A stretch of 64,000 nt of DNA, from assembly GCA_039584255.1 (NCBI GenBank), contig JBDGYE010000002.1, positions 1,917-65,916 on the forward strand, written 5' to 3'. Position 1 is the stretch's first letter. The number at the start of each line of letters is the position of its first letter. Origin of the DNA: Gemmatimonadota bacterium (GTDB lineage Bacteria; Gemmatimonadota; Gemmatimonadetes; Palauibacterales; Palauibacteraceae). The translations under genes and the position numbers were made by a program. Shown piece after piece: positions 62,251 to 64,000 of this stretch. The notes beneath the pieces are model-generated. The model saw only the letters and a list, made by a program, of their open reading frames with translations, had not been told where the DNA came from and ran no database searches.

Positions 62251-64000
62251 CCGACGCGGCCGCGGCGTCCCCGCAACGCGACTCCAGCCGTGCCTGGAAG
62301 ATCGCAGGTGTCAGCGCCACCCTGGCGATCGTGCTCTCGATTCCGCTCTACGCCGTGCGCGAGAACGTCCTCGGAGCGGGGAACAGCGCCGGGCAGAGCG
62401 GAGCGGCGTCCGAGGTTGCCTTCGTCGGCCGGGAAAGGTGCGCGGAATGCCACGATGAGGCCTACGAAGCTTGGCTCGGCTCCGATCACGACATGGCGAT
62501 GGCGGAGGCCGACTCGACGACCGTCCTCGGCGATTTCGATGACGCGGTCCTGGAGCACGGCGGCGCTACCCACCGCTTCTTTCGGCGGGACGCCGGCTAC
62601 TGGGTCCACACCGAAGGCCCGGACGGCGAGATGGGCGACTTCGAGGTCGCCTACACTTTCGGGCACGAGCCGCTCCAGCAGTACTTGATCCCTTTCCCCG
62701 GCGGTCGTCTCCAGTCACTCACCATCGCCTGGGATACGGAGCGCGAGGAGTGGTTCCCCCTCTACCCGGACCAGGACATCCCGTGGGACGATTGGCTCCA
62801 CTGGACCCGCAACGGCCAGAACTGGAACGGGATGTGTGCCGAGTGCCACTCCACCAACCTCCGCAAGGGATACAACCCTGCCACTGGGACTTTCAACACG
62901 ACCTGGTCGGAGATCGACGTCAGCTGCGAGGCGTGCCATGGTCCCGGCTCCCGTCACGTCGAGTGGGCCGAGCTTCCGGACATGGCCCGACCCGAGGTGG
63001 AGAACTATGACCTGGTGATTCCCACGAGCGGCATCACCTCCAAGCAACAGGTGGAGCTCTGCGCACCTTGCCACTCGAGACGCACCGAGCTCGGCGACTA
63101 CGATCACACCGAGCTCGATCTACTGGATCACCTGATTCCGGCGGTGCTGGAGCGGGGCTACTACTTCGCCGATGGGCAGATCCTGGAAGAGGTGTACGTC
63201 TACGGGTCCTTCGTCCAGAGCAAGATGTACCGGAACGACGTCCGGTGCGGAGACTGCCACGACGTGCACGGTCTCGAGCTCCTCAAGGAGGGGAACGAGC
63301 TCTGTCTGCAGTGCCACAGGGCGGACACGTACGACAGCTACGACCACCACTTCCACGAGCCCGAGACCTCCGACGGGCTGCCCAACGAGGGCACGGAGTG
63401 CGTGAAGTGCCACATGCCGGAGCGACCCTACATGGTCGTTGACTGGCGCGCCGACCACAGCATCCGGGTGCCTAGACCCGACCTGACCCTCGACATAGGC
63501 ACCCCCAACTCGTGTGAGCAGAGCGGCTGTCACGACGACAAGCCCACGACATGGTCGGCGGATTACTTCACGAAGTGGTATGGCCAGGCTCGACGCTCCC
63601 ACTTCGGCCGGACCCTTGAGGCTGGCCGCAGCCTAGATCCGGGGGCGCGCGACGAGCTCATCCGGCTCGCGGGCGACGCTCTCTATCCCGACATCGTGCG
63701 CGCCACGGCGCTCTCGCTGCTCAGCGCATATCCGGGCGAGGAGAGCACGCGCGCCTTCAACGCCGCGCTGCAGGCCGAGGACCCGCTGATCCGATACACG
63801 GCGGCGCAGCACGCGACGGCGGCCACGCCGGAGGAGCTGATCGATCTGGTGGCCCCGCTGCTATTCGATGCCGTGAAGGCGGTGCGGGGTCAGGCTGCCG
63901 TGCGGCTTGCCCCGCTTCCCCGGGAGATGCTGAAGCCCTACCAGCGGGATGCGCTGGAGGAGGCGATAGAGGAGTACAAGCGGACCATGGAGTATTCCCT
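62247..64000 (+). CDS. Multihaem c-type cytochrome (c554-like family) with a C-terminal HEAT-like repeat region; 3' end beyond the window
   Basis: Not in the ORF track because it is open at the window edge. I translated it by hand and found no stop. ATGA overlap with the Rieske stop. N-terminal TM. CxxCH x7 (CAECH, CAECH, CEACH, CAPCH, CGDCH, CLQCH, CVKCH) plus CEQSGCH. HEAT-like DPLIRYTAAQ / VKAVRGQAAVRL. Confidence 0.88.
   Translation, partial: MTDAAAASPQRDSSRAWKIAGVSATLAIVLSIPLYAVRENVLGAGNSAGQSGAASEVAFVGRERCAECHDEAYEAWLGSDHDMAMAEADSTTVLGDFDDAVLEHGGATHRFFRRDAGYWVHTEGPDGEMGDFEVAYTFGHEPLQQYLIPFPGGRLQSLTIAWDTEREEWFPLYPDQDIPWDDWLHWTRNGQNWNGMCAECHSTNLRKGYNPATGTFNTTWSEIDVSCEACHGPGSRHVEWAELPDMARPEVENYDLVIPTSGITSKQQVELCAPCHSRRTELGDYDHTELDLLDHLIPAVLERGYYFADGQILEEVYVYGSFVQSKMYRNDVRCGDCHDVHGLELLKEGNELCLQCHRADTYDSYDHHFHEPETSDGLPNEGTECVKCHMPERPYMVVDWRADHSIRVPRPDLTLDIGTPNSCEQSGCHDDKPTTWSADYFTKWYGQARRSHFGRTLEAGRSLDPGARDELIRLAGDALYPDIVRATALSLLSAYPGEESTRAFNAALQAEDPLIRYTAAQHATAATPEELIDLVAPLLFDAVKAVRGQAAVRLAPLPREMLKPYQRDALEEAIEEYKRTMEYS

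Overview
High-GC (about two-thirds G+C by eye, not computed), gene-dense bacterial chromosomal segment. I call about 62 CDS, six of them low-confidence small ORFs, plus one tRNA-Glu(CUC). I saw no rRNA, CRISPR array, transposase, integrase or phage genes. The high GC produces many long antisense shadow ORFs in the six-frame track. I rejected these and re-set several starts to internal ATG/GTG/TTG codons with SD-like sequences or 4-nt ATGA/GTGA stop-start overlaps.

Content in order:
1. MarR-like regulator, LolA-like protein, two FtsX permeases, an ABC ATPase and a beta-barrel (167-5966).
2. A polyphosphate/phosphate operon: SixA-like phosphatase, CHAD-CYTH protein, two-domain PPK2, PPK1 and a Na/Pi-PhoU transporter (6073-13733).
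3. An orphan fused E1 alpha/beta 2-oxoacid dehydrogenase.
4. Two large secreted unknowns, one with PHM/DBH-like copper-site spacing and a His/Met-rich tail.
5. 7Fe ferredoxin divergent from lipA-pdhA-pdhB-E2-lpd-lipB-sdaAB-sdaAA.
6. Thioesterase, tRNA-Glu and a glutamine-dependent NadE.
7. A CPBP protease plus two convergent OprO/P-like porins, next to a kinase-less PhoB/OmpR regulator embedded among unannotatable small ORFs.
8. M1 peptidase, NhaC, FabL-like SDR and a CN-hydrolase.
9. A Trx-like/OmpA-like/SodA block, then PruA.
10. A DUF3604 / giant HupE-like membrane protein / parvulin / outer-membrane channel cassette.
11. VapBC.
12. A PaaA-PaaD(N)-PaaB-PaaC-PaaD(Zn-ribbon) oxygenase cluster without PaaE. 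It runs straight into a beta-barrel, a fused cytochrome b, a Rieske protein and a multihaem (at least 7 CxxCH) cytochrome c truncated by the window end.

The best candidates for undescribed biology are the DUF3604 envelope cassette (50026-56054), the kinase-less regulator/small-ORF/porin operon (35173-38233), the PaaE-less split-PaaD oxygenase fused operonically to an atypical Rieske/cyt b/multihaem module (56806-64000), and the SixA/CHAD-CYTH/PPK2/PPK1 operon. All family assignments come from motif recognition by eye. No database search was run.
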